A stretch of DNA of 32,000 nucleotides from an uncultured Actinomycetes bacterium (lineage in GTDB: Bacteria; Actinomycetota; Actinomycetes; S36-B12; CAIYMF01), in assembly GCA_963843975.1 (NCBI GenBank), contig CAWJMG010000003.1, positions 1,740,001 to 1,772,000 of the forward strand, given 5' to 3'. This document shows positions 16,395-24,285 of this stretch, piece after piece (the stretch's first letter is position 1; the number at the start of each line of letters is the position of its first letter). The notes under the pieces were generated by a model, which saw nothing but the letters and a program-made list of their open reading frames with translations, searched no databases and had not been told where the DNA came from. The translations under genes were made by a program, and so were the position numbers.

Positions 16395-18037
16395 AGCTCC
16401 TCCAGCCCCGGGCGCCGGAACTTCTCGGCCGCCACGACCACGAGCGCCGTCAGCACCACCAGCACGACCGAGAGCGCGGCGGCCTGGCCGCTGTTGGACT
16501 CCCCTGGGCGCGACAGCAGCCGGCCGATCTGCACGGGCAGCGTGGGGGCGTCGGCGCGCACGAGGAACGAGGTGGCGCCGAACTCACCGAGCGACACCGC
16601 CGCGGCGAGCCCGGCGCCGACGCCGAGCGCGCGGCCGAGCACCGGCAGATCGACCGTGCGCCAAGCGCGCAGCGGCGACGAGCCGAGGGTCGCCGCCACC
16701 TCGCGCAGACGCGGGTCGACGGCGCGCAGCACCGGCAGCACCGTGCGCACGACGAGCGGGATCGCCACGAGCGCGTGGCCGACCGGCACCATGAACCAGC
16801 TGCCGCGCAGGTCGAACGGCGGCACCGCGAACGTGATGAGCAGGCCGAATCCGAGCGTGACCGCCGATGTGCCGAGCGGCAGCATCGACGCGGTGTCCAG
16901 CGCCGCGCTCCCCCGGCGGGCGTACGCGATGGCGCAGGCTGCGAGACCGCCGACCACGAGGGCGACGACCACGGCGACGACGGCGTACGTCAGCGACACC
17001 CGTACCGACTCCCACGCAGCTACGTCGCGCGTGCTCGGGCCGTCGGTGCCGAGGGCCCGCCACCAGTCGAGGCCCCACCGGTCGCCGACGCGCAGCGAGT
17101 CGTGCAGCAGCGCGAGCAGCGGTGCGGCCACGAGTGCGCCCAGGGCCAGGGTGACGCCGATCGCGCCGCGGTCGAGGCGGGAGCGCGGTGGCGTCGGCGC
17201 GACGTCGGCGCGCGCGAGCCGCTGCCGGACCGCCAGCCGCCGCTGCAGCCGGCCGGCCACCACGAGCACGAGCAGCACCGCGACGAGCTGCAGAACCGCG
17301 AGCGTCGCGGCACCGGGCAGGTCGAACAGCTGCACCGTGCGCCGGTAGATCTCGACCTCGAGCGTCGTCGTGGTCGGACCTCCGAGCACCAGCACGACTC
17401 CGAACGACGTGAAGGTGAAGAGGAAGACCAGTGCGGACGCCGCCAGCACGGCCGGACGCAGCAGCGGCCAGGTGACCGTGCGCAGCACCCGCCACGGCGA
17501 GGCGCCGAGCGTCTGTGCGGCGGCCTCGTAGCGGCGGTCGAGGTGCGCCCAAAGGCCACCGACCACGCGGATCACGATGGCGAGGTTGAAGAACACGTGC
17601 GCGACCACGATCGCCCCGAGGGTGCCGACCCACGCCTCGGGCAGCAGCGCGCGGAACGCCGTGCCGACCACGACCGTCGGCAGCACGAACGGCACGGTGA
17701 GGAGCGACAGCAGCGCGCGCCGTCCCCGGAAGTCCAGCCGGTGCAGGGCGTACGCCGCCGGCAGCCCGACCACGAGCGTGGCCGCAGTCGAGAGAAGAGC
17801 CTGCAGCGCGGTGAACCCGACCACCCGCCACGTCGGCGCCGACGTGAGCACGGCGAGACCCTCGGCGGAGAGCCCACGCGCGAGCACGGTGAGCAGCGGC
17901 CACGCGAAGAAGAACGCGAGGAACACCGCCGGGACGACGCCGAACCACCACGCCGGCGGCGGCTGGACGCGCGCCGAACCGACCGGGCCCGCCGACGACG
18001 GCGGCCCCGGTGCGCGGGTCGGCAGCAGCGTGGTCAG
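16391..18037 (-). CDS. thiP: Two-domain ABC permease of the thiamine (or iron-type) uptake system; start codon uncertain
   Basis: About 12 TM segments and two MalFG-type halves. No ATG, GTG or TTG lies in frame between 18136 and the first TM segment. A CTG at 18037 overlaps the thiB TGA (CTGA). GTG at 18136 is the nearest conventional start and would overlap thiB by 103 nt. Confidence 0.8.
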
Positions 18038-19146
18038 CGCAACGTCACCTGGTCCCAGGCGTCGACCCAGGCCGTCCGCTGCTTGTCGATCTGCGCGGGG
18101 TCGAGGGTCAGGGGTGAGGACGGCACGGCGGCCCACTTGGTGAAGACGTCCGGCAGCGGCGTGCCGTCGACGGCGGGGAACACGAACATCGACAGCGGCA
18201 CGTCTGCCTGCACCTCGGGCGAGAGCAGCCAGTCGACGACGGCGCGCGCAGCCTCCGGGTTCGACGTGCCGCGCAGGACTCCGGCGTACTCCACCTGGCG
18301 GAAGCACGACGACGTCATGACCGACGACGCCGGCTTGGTCGGCTTCGGGTCCGAGGCGTACACGATCTCGGCCGGGGGCGACGACGCGTACGACACGACC
18401 AGTGGCCGCGATCCCTTGCCGCCCACGGTGTACTCGCCCTCGTACGCCTCGGTCCAGCCGTTGACGACCTTCACGCCGTTCGCGCGCAGCTTGGCCCAGT
18501 AGTCCTGGTAGCCGTCCTCGCCGTACGTCGCGATCGTCGCGAGCAGGAACGCGAGGCCCGGCGAGGATGTCGCGGCGTTCTCGACAACGAGCAGGTCCTT
18601 GTACGCCGGGTCGACCAGCTGGTCGAGCGTCGTGGGGACGGCGAGGCCCTTCGCCGCGAACCAGGAGTCGTCGGCGTTGATGCAGACGTCGCCGTAGTCG
18701 ACGGGCGTGACGACGCCGTCGGTCGCCGCCTTCAGCGCGTCGGGGACGGCGGACGCCGCGGGCGAGACGTACGGGTCGAAGACGCCGGCGGTGAGCGCAC
18801 GCGACAGGAGCGTGTTGTCGACGCCGAAGAGGACGTCGCCCTCGGGGTTGCCCGCCGTGAGCGCCGCCTTGTTGACGACCTCGCCGGCATCGCCGCCGGT
18901 CACGATCTTCACCGTGATGCCCGACTTCTTCTCGAAGTCGGTGAGCAGCTGCTCGGTGAGGGCGAACGAGTCGTGCGTGAGCAGCGTGACCGTCGTCGGC
19001 GCGAAGGTCGACGGCACCGCGCTAGGCGATGACGAGGTGGGCGAGATCGACGTGGAGCTGGACGACGCGCTGCCGCACGCGGCGAGCAGCAGCGCGGACG
19101 TCGTCACGACGACCGCGGTGAGGGGCCTGGAGATGGTGGTGCGCAA
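18034..19146 (-). CDS. thiB: Thiamine ABC transporter substrate-binding lipoprotein
   Basis: 370-aa ORF with a TTG start at 19146. Lipobox LLLAACGS. Periplasmic-binding-protein length and composition. It lies directly behind a TPP riboswitch. Confidence 0.8.
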   Translation of the reverse strand: MRTTISRPLTAVVVTTSALLLAACGSASSSSTSISPTSSSPSAVPSTFAPTTVTLLTHDSFALTEQLLTDFEKKSGITVKIVTGGDAGEVVNKAALTAGNPEGDVLFGVDNTLLSRALTAGVFDPYVSPAASAVPDALKAATDGVVTPVDYGDVCINADDSWFAAKGLAVPTTLDQLVDPAYKDLLVVENAATSSPGLAFLLATIATYGEDGYQDYWAKLRANGVKVVNGWTEAYEGEYTVGGKGSRPLVVSYASSPPAEIVYASDPKPTKPASSVMTSSCFRQVEYAGVLRGTSNPEAARAVVDWLLSPEVQADVPLSMFVFPAVDGTPLPDVFTKWAAVPSSPLTLDPAQIDKQRTAWVDAWDQVTLR

Positions 19147-19152
19147 GGAGAC

Positions 19153-19246
19153 CGTCCCTCCGCCGGCATTACCCGGATCAGGTTCGAGGGTCGGTGGCGG
19201 TCGGCCACCCTCTCAGCCCGGCGTTCCTCCGAGCTCCCCTGGTGTG
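19153..19246 (-). promoter_or_regulatory. TPP (THI-box) riboswitch
   Basis: The minus strand reads AGGGGAGC...GGGCTGAGAGG...ACCCTCGAACCTGATCCGGGTAATGCCGGCGGAGGGA. This matches the conserved CUGAGA and ACCUGAUCNGGNUAAUNCCNGCG cores. The 3' GGAGGGA doubles as the Shine-Dalgarno sequence, 8 nt before the TTG start. Confidence 0.9.
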
Positions 19247-19302
19247 AAGTTGTGGTGCCACCCTACGGCCGCGCGAGAGGCCCGGCCACCACGGGCGTCC
19301 GC

Positions 19303-20091
19303 TCAGGCGTCGGGCGCTGTCTCGGGCGAAGCGTCGGGAGCGGTGCCGCCCTCGGCCGCCTTCTTCGCCTCCCGGTCGGCCCGGGCCTTGGCCACGAACG
19401 CCGGCACGTCGACGTAGGTGAGCTCGCCGAGCTCCACGAGAGCGTCGCGGATGACTGCCACGATCTCGTCGCCGCTCATCGTCCGGGGGTCGATGGGCAG
19501 CGGCGGCGAGAAGCGCACCCGCGCCTTGCGGCGCAAGCAGCTGCCGTCGGGGTACGTCGTGGCGACGGCGTACACCGGCACGTCCGGGTGCCCCTCGATC
19601 AGCGGCATGAGCACCCGCTGGTGCAGCTTGTAGAGCGACGTGCGGCTCGGGCCGCGCGTGCCCTCCGGGTAGATGCCGATCTTGGCGTCCTCGTCGAGGG
19701 CGAGCGACGCCATCTCGAGCGCCCACGCCGTCGACGCCTCGTCGCCGCGGCGCAGGGGGATCTGCCCCATCCACCGGAAGAAGACAGCCGACTTCCCCTC
19801 GAACCACTCGGCCTTGGTGAACGCGACCACGTGCCACCACGTCGACATCAGCGCGACCACGGGGTCGAGGGTGCCCTGGTGGTTGGCGGCGAGGATGCCC
19901 GCCCCTGGCAGGACGTTCTCCTTGCCGGCGACGTCGAGATCGACCTTGATGTTCACGGCGCGCAGGGCGGTGAGGACGGTGCGGTACATCCGCGAACGGA
20001 CAGGGCGACCGATGTCGACCCCGGGGAACACCTCGGCGGCCTGCGCCATGAGCGCGTCGTACCGGGCGTCGTTCTCCCTCTTCGCTGTCAT
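19303..20091 (-). CDS. Lysophospholipid / 1-acyl-sn-glycerol-3-phosphate acyltransferase family protein
   Basis: HX4D motif NHQGTLD and YPEGTR motif. ATG at 20091; TTG at 20103 is the alternative start. Confidence 0.8.
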   Translation of the reverse strand: MTAKRENDARYDALMAQAAEVFPGVDIGRPVRSRMYRTVLTALRAVNIKVDLDVAGKENVLPGAGILAANHQGTLDPVVALMSTWWHVVAFTKAEWFEGKSAVFFRWMGQIPLRRGDEASTAWALEMASLALDEDAKIGIYPEGTRGPSRTSLYKLHQRVLMPLIEGHPDVPVYAVATTYPDGSCLRRKARVRFSPPLPIDPRTMSGDEIVAVIRDALVELGELTYVDVPAFVAKARADREAKKAAEGGTAPDASPETAPDA

Positions 20092-20170
20092 CGAGCCATC
20101 CAACAGGTCGGGCCGGGCCCCCGTCGACCGGACGTCGACAGGGACCCGGCCCGAGCAGCCGGAGTGCTGG

Positions 20171-20560
20171 TCAGTTGCGGGCGTCGTTGACGGCCCGCTT
20201 GACCAGGAAGAACGGGAGGATGAACGCCGCGAGGGCGCCGAACAGCCACACGACGATCGTGGCGCCGAACCAGGTGCCGATGCCGTCGATGTCGAAGTAG
20301 CCCGAGATCAGCGAGGTCAGGAACAGCGCGACGAACGTGCTGATGAGACCCACGCCGCCCATGAACGCGCCGGCCTTGCGCTCGGTGAGGCTGCGCACCA
20401 TGGGCGACAGGATCGCCTGGATCAGCGCGAAGATCGCCGCGACGACGAAGTAGCTGAGGCCCACCTTCACCGAGAATCCCGGGAAGATCAGGTCCGCGAC
20501 GATGATGCCGACCAGTGCCGACACGAAGTACACGACGAGGTTGATCAGGAAACGGATCAT
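20171..20560 (-). CDS. Four-TM 'phage holin 4' superfamily membrane protein
   Basis: 129 aa with four hydrophobic helices. The N-terminus MIRFLINLVVYFVSALVG is typical of actinobacterial proteins annotated this way. No lysin or phage genes are nearby. Confidence 0.6.
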   Translation of the reverse strand: MIRFLINLVVYFVSALVGIIVADLIFPGFSVKVGLSYFVVAAIFALIQAILSPMVRSLTERKAGAFMGGVGLISTFVALFLTSLISGYFDIDGIGTWFGATIVVWLFGALAAFILPFFLVKRAVNDARN

Positions 20561-20649
20561 GGCAGGAAGGTAGACCCACGCCCCTGCTCCGCTCAGGTGA
20601 TCGGCGCAGGAACCGTCGTGGTGTCGGCGGGGCTGCGTAGGGTCGCCAC

Positions 20650-21192
20650 ATGGGCGATCGCCGGGCCGTGTTCCTCCGTGGCATCAACGTCGGCACGGGC
20701 AACCGCATCTCCATGACCGACCTCGCCGCCGTCGTCACCTCGGTCGGCGTCGCCGACGTCCGCACGCTGCTCAACTCCGGCAACGTCGTCGGCACCTCCC
20801 GGGCGAAGCCCGAGGCCTTGGCGGCGACGGTCTCCGCCGCCCTGCGCGACCAGGTCGGCCTGTCGGTCGACGTGGTGGTGCGCAGCGACGACGAGATCGA
20901 CGCCGTCGTGGCCCTCGACCCGCTGGGCGACATCGCCGACAACCCGTCGCGCTACCTGGTCACGTTCCTCGAGCGCGAGCCCGGTCCGGATGCCGTGGCG
21001 CGGCTCGAGGCGGCCGACACCGGCGACGACGTCTGGCAGCTGCACGGCCGCGAGCTCTACTTCTGGCTCCCCGCCGGCATCGCCGACAGCCCGGTGCAGA
21101 AGCTGCTGATGAAGAAGGTCCTCGGCGTCACCTGGACCGGTCGCAACTGGGCGACGGTGCTCAAGGTGCAGGCGGCGATGCGCTCGCGCTGA
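20650..21192 (+). CDS. DUF1697 domain protein
   Basis: The N-terminus AVFLRGINVGTGNRISMTDL and the motif TLLNSGNVV match DUF1697 as I recall it. Confidence 0.7.
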   Translation: MGDRRAVFLRGINVGTGNRISMTDLAAVVTSVGVADVRTLLNSGNVVGTSRAKPEALAATVSAALRDQVGLSVDVVVRSDDEIDAVVALDPLGDIADNPSRYLVTFLEREPGPDAVARLEAADTGDDVWQLHGRELYFWLPAGIADSPVQKLLMKKVLGVTWTGRNWATVLKVQAAMRSR

Positions 21193-21343
21193 CGGGCTGC
21201 TCGTCCACGCCCTGCATGCGCTTGTCCCGGTCGGCCGGCACGCTGCAGCACGACTCGACCTTCGTGCGTCCGCGCAGCGCCGAGACGACCAGCACGAGGA
21301 CGGGCAGCAGCACGAGCGCGGCGACGAGCAGCTTCACGAGCAT
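21161..21343 (-). CDS. Small single-TM protein with a CC motif (hypothetical)
   Basis: 60 codons from ATG 21343 with strong G/C3 bias. The sequence is MLVKLLVAALVLLPVLVLVVSAL followed by RGRTKVESCCS. The 3' end overlaps the convergent DUF1697 gene by 32 nt. No clear SD. Confidence 0.4.
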   Translation of the reverse strand: MLVKLLVAALVLLPVLVLVVSALRGRTKVESCCSVPADRDKRMQGVDEQPVSASASPPAP

Positions 21344-21360
21344 GGGACCAGGGTAGGCGC

Positions 21361-21732
21361 TCAGGACCCGTCGGTCGCGTCGTCCCCCGGCACCGGGCGC
21401 AGCAGCGTCGTCCCGGCCTCGGACACGAGCAGCACGTCGTCGCCGTCCGCCGCCTCGACCCGAAGCGGGTGGCCGAGGGCCGTGAGGACGCGGTGCTCCT
21501 GCGCCATGAGCTCCTCGGGCCCGGCCATCATCGTGGTGGCGAGGGCACCGAACCGCAGGATGTCGCCCTCGAGCGCGTACTGGCCCATGAGGCGGTTGAC
21601 GGTGGCGCGGCCGGAGACCCGGCCGTCGGTCCCGAAGGCGATGTCCGGCGAGGACGACGCCAGCACGGGCTCGCCGTCGAGGGCGACGACGGCGAAGGTG
21701 CGACCTGCGAGGACGACCGGCTCGGTGCTCAT
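21361..21732 (-). CDS. META (HslJ-like) domain protein
   Basis: 123 aa. The stretch GRVSGRATVNRLMGQYALEGDILRFGALATTMMAGPEELMAQE fits the META-domain pattern. No signal peptide. Confidence 0.65.
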   Translation of the reverse strand: MSTEPVVLAGRTFAVVALDGEPVLASSSPDIAFGTDGRVSGRATVNRLMGQYALEGDILRFGALATTMMAGPEELMAQEHRVLTALGHPLRVEAADGDDVLLVSEAGTTLLRPVPGDDATDGS

Positions 21733-21744
21733 GCCCGGATCCTG

Positions 21745-22518
21745 TCAGCGGGCGGCGAAGGCCGCCACGGCTGCCTGGGCCTCGGGGGTGCCGAGCTGGT
21801 GGGCGATGGAGTCGGCCTCCTCGACGGCGTTCTCCTCGCGCGTGGTCGCCCACGAGCCCTTCACCATGCGCTTGGCAGCGGCGAGCGCCGACGGGGAGAA
21901 CGTCGCGAGCCGTGCCGCGATCGCGTCCGTCCGCGCGACCATCTCGTCGTCGGTGTCGACCACCTCGGCCACGAGCCCCCACGTCAGGGCGTCGTCCGCC
22001 GAGAGCGGCTCGTTGCTCAGCAGGTGCCGCAGCGCGCGCTGCTGCCCGACGACGCGGGGCAGCAGCCAGGAGACGCCGGCATCCGGCGTGAGGCCGATGC
22101 CCGGGTAGCCCGCGACGAACTTCGTGCCGCGCGCAGCCACGGCGATGTCAGCGTTGAGCACGAACGACAGCCCGGCCCCGGCGACCGCGCCGTGCACCCC
22201 GACGACGACGGGCTTGGGCAGCTCGCCGAGACCGCGCAGACCCGACTCGGCCAGCTCGGCGAGCTCGTGCAGGCGCGCCGACGGGTCGGCGTCCCCGAGG
22301 AACGACGTGACGTCGCCCCCGGCGCAGAAGCGCTTGCCGGCGCCGCGGACGACGACGACGCGGACGTCGTCCTCGCGCAGCCGATCGACGACCTGGGAGA
22401 TCTCGAGCGCCATCGGCAGGTCGAAGGCGTTCGACACCTCCGGCCGGTTGAGCACGGCGGTCGCGATCCCGTCGGCGACGGTCAGCTGAAGGGCGGAGGC
22501 CCGGGTCTCATCGGTCAC
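21745..22518 (-). CDS. Enoyl-CoA hydratase/isomerase (crotonase) family protein
   Basis: VVVVRGAGKRFCAGGDV and the VHGAVAGAGLS oxyanion-hole motifs. GTG start at 22518. Confidence 0.9.
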   Translation of the reverse strand: MTDETRASALQLTVADGIATAVLNRPEVSNAFDLPMALEISQVVDRLREDDVRVVVVRGAGKRFCAGGDVTSFLGDADPSARLHELAELAESGLRGLGELPKPVVVGVHGAVAGAGLSFVLNADIAVAARGTKFVAGYPGIGLTPDAGVSWLLPRVVGQQRALRHLLSNEPLSADDALTWGLVAEVVDTDDEMVARTDAIAARLATFSPSALAAAKRMVKGSWATTREENAVEEADSIAHQLGTPEAQAAVAAFAAR

Positions 22519-22525
22519 GCACCCA

Positions 22526-23215
22526 CTATGGCGCGTCGGAGTCCCCGTGCCGGTGCAGGATCTCGATCTCGACGTCGGCGACCCGGTCGTGCCCGGTGGC
22601 GTGCACGACGATCCCGGACACGAGCGCGACGTCGACGGGAGCGGCGGGCGACGAGAGCTCGCCCGCCAGCAGCCGCAGCTCGTCGACCGCGGCGCGACGT
22701 ACGAGCTCGGTCGTCGCGACGAGGTCCGGCACGGCCCCCGCGCCTACGGTCTCGTGCAGCCGCGCGATGAGCAGCGACTCCTCGACGTCGTGCCGGTCGA
22801 GCACAACCCCGGACACCCCGGCGGCGAGGGCCTCCTGCGCGACGGAGATCGCGCCGCAGGCCGACGTCGTGCCCGGGACACCGGCGCGGACGACCGAGCC
22901 GACCACGCCGTCCTCGAGGCCCACGTGCGGGAGCGCCAGGACGAGCAGCCGGTGCCGCACGCCGTCGAGCGGGGCGTGGCCGAGGGCTGCACCTACGCCG
23001 GTGCGGCCGAGGAGCGGGAGGCCGCCGAGGCTCGCGAGGTCGAAGAAGTGGCCCCACCTGCGCCGCACGTCGCGGCGGAAGTCGGCCATGAGCTCGTCAC
23101 GGCAGACCGACAGCAGCGGCAGCGCCGTCGTGGGGGTGAAGCCGGCCGGGCCGAGCTCGGTCTCGACGAGGTCGAGGAACGCGTCGACGTCGACGGCGTC
23201 GGCATACGGCTGCAC
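22526..23215 (-). CDS. Hypothetical protein, possibly of the LCIB/LCIC-like beta-carbonic-anhydrase-fold family
   Basis: 229 aa. Cys38-x-Asp40 (VCRDE), His97 (LPHVG) and Cys120 (SACGA), plus SLGGLP, fit the ligand order and spacing I recall for LCIB-family proteins. Unsearched. Confidence 0.35.
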   Translation of the reverse strand: MQPYADAVDVDAFLDLVETELGPAGFTPTTALPLLSVCRDELMADFRRDVRRRWGHFFDLASLGGLPLLGRTGVGAALGHAPLDGVRHRLLVLALPHVGLEDGVVGSVVRAGVPGTTSACGAISVAQEALAAGVSGVVLDRHDVEESLLIARLHETVGAGAVPDLVATTELVRRAAVDELRLLAGELSSPAAPVDVALVSGIVVHATGHDRVADVEIEILHRHGDSDAP

Positions 23216-23286
23216 GTCTCAATCCTGGTGCGCGCACCTGATCGACGCAGGCGTACGGCGCGTGTCCCCGCTCACCCCGCGCAGGG

Positions 23287-24141
23287 TCAGCGCGAGGTGA
23301 CGAAGACCGCGCGGCTCGAAGCGAGGTCGGCCTTCGCCGCCGACAGGCGCGTGCCGCCGTAGCGGATCCGCCAGGTGCCGCTCTCGGTCTGGGTCACCCT
23401 TGCCGATCCCCGGTAGTACGTACGGTGCGTCGACCCGGGGACGAGCGTGACGGTGGTGACCGCGCGCTCGACGCCGGTGCGCGACGGCGTGAAGGTCAGC
23501 GTGGCGGTGCGGGTCGGTCCGGCGGGTGCCGCGAGCGCGACGCGGACGATGAACGGCGTGCCCTTGCTCGACGGCGTCGCCATCGGCACGATCGTGGCGG
23601 TCGTCGGCGTCGCCGACGAGGTCGCGCCCGGCTCGGGGCAGCTGCCGCCGATGAAGCGCATCGTGTTCCAGCGGATCGGGACCGACGGGTGCGCGGCCCA
23701 CGGCTCGACGACGGTGCCGAGGCCGATGAACTGCGTGTCGCGCGACAGGATGTTGGCGCGGTGGCCGGGCGAGTTCATGTAGGCCTTGAACATCGACTCC
23801 GCGGAGCCGGTCGTGTAGGCGACGTTCTCGCGCGCCGACGACCAGTCGCAGACGGTCCCGGCCTTGGTGGCGTACGCCGGGTCGTGCTGGAGGCGGTCGA
23901 CCGAGGCGTTGCGGCTCGACCAGGCCGAGGCCTGGGCCGACAGCGGCGCGTAGAGGGCGAGGATCGGAAGGCCGGCCTTGGCGCGGGCCTGGTTGATCAG
24001 CACCAGCAGGCGGGCGTCGTACCCGGGCGACGCGCTCGCGGCGGAGGCGGGGGCTGCGGGGACGGCCACGAGCAGCACGGCGCCGAGGACCGCCACGAGC
24101 AGGGCGGCGAGCCGGCGTGCGGCGTTCGGGCGGGTCGTCAT
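23287..24141 (-). CDS. Secreted CAP (SCP/PR1-like) domain protein with a C-terminal beta-rich domain
   Basis: ATG at 24141. Signal peptide RRLAALLVAVLGAVLLVAVPAAPASA. CAP-like motifs LINQARAKAGLP, ENVAY and YMNSPGHRANIL. Confidence 0.75.
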   Translation of the reverse strand: MTTRPNAARRLAALLVAVLGAVLLVAVPAAPASAASASPGYDARLLVLINQARAKAGLPILALYAPLSAQASAWSSRNASVDRLQHDPAYATKAGTVCDWSSARENVAYTTGSAESMFKAYMNSPGHRANILSRDTQFIGLGTVVEPWAAHPSVPIRWNTMRFIGGSCPEPGATSSATPTTATIVPMATPSSKGTPFIVRVALAAPAGPTRTATLTFTPSRTGVERAVTTVTLVPGSTHRTYYRGSARVTQTESGTWRIRYGGTRLSAAKADLASSRAVFVTSR

Positions 24142-24285
24142 GACACGTGACGGTAGGTGACCGCGCTCCGGCAGTGTCAAGCCGCCGATCGCGTGAACGG
24201 ACGCAGATGATGTACGCAGAGTGACGATCCTCACGGCAGCCTCAGGCCTTCGGCCCCCGGGGTCAAGGTCGACCGGGGAGCGCCG

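Noticed and set aside
16775-18502. 575-aa ORF antisense to thiP/thiB. The same applies to other long antisense or alternative-frame ORFs (934..2349, 2383..3909, 8713..9981, 11302..12630, 21469..22770, 24328..25455, 28473..29462 and others)
   Set aside because: These show the biased Arg/Gly/Asp/Pro composition typical of non-coding frames in high-GC DNA. Each fully overlaps a gene with clear family motifs and proper G/C3 bias.
20171-20560. Holin-family annotation as a sign of a prophage
   Set aside because: It is a lone 4-TM gene. No endolysin, capsid, tail, integrase or att-like repeats are nearby. This family is common as a stand-alone chromosomal membrane protein in Actinobacteria.
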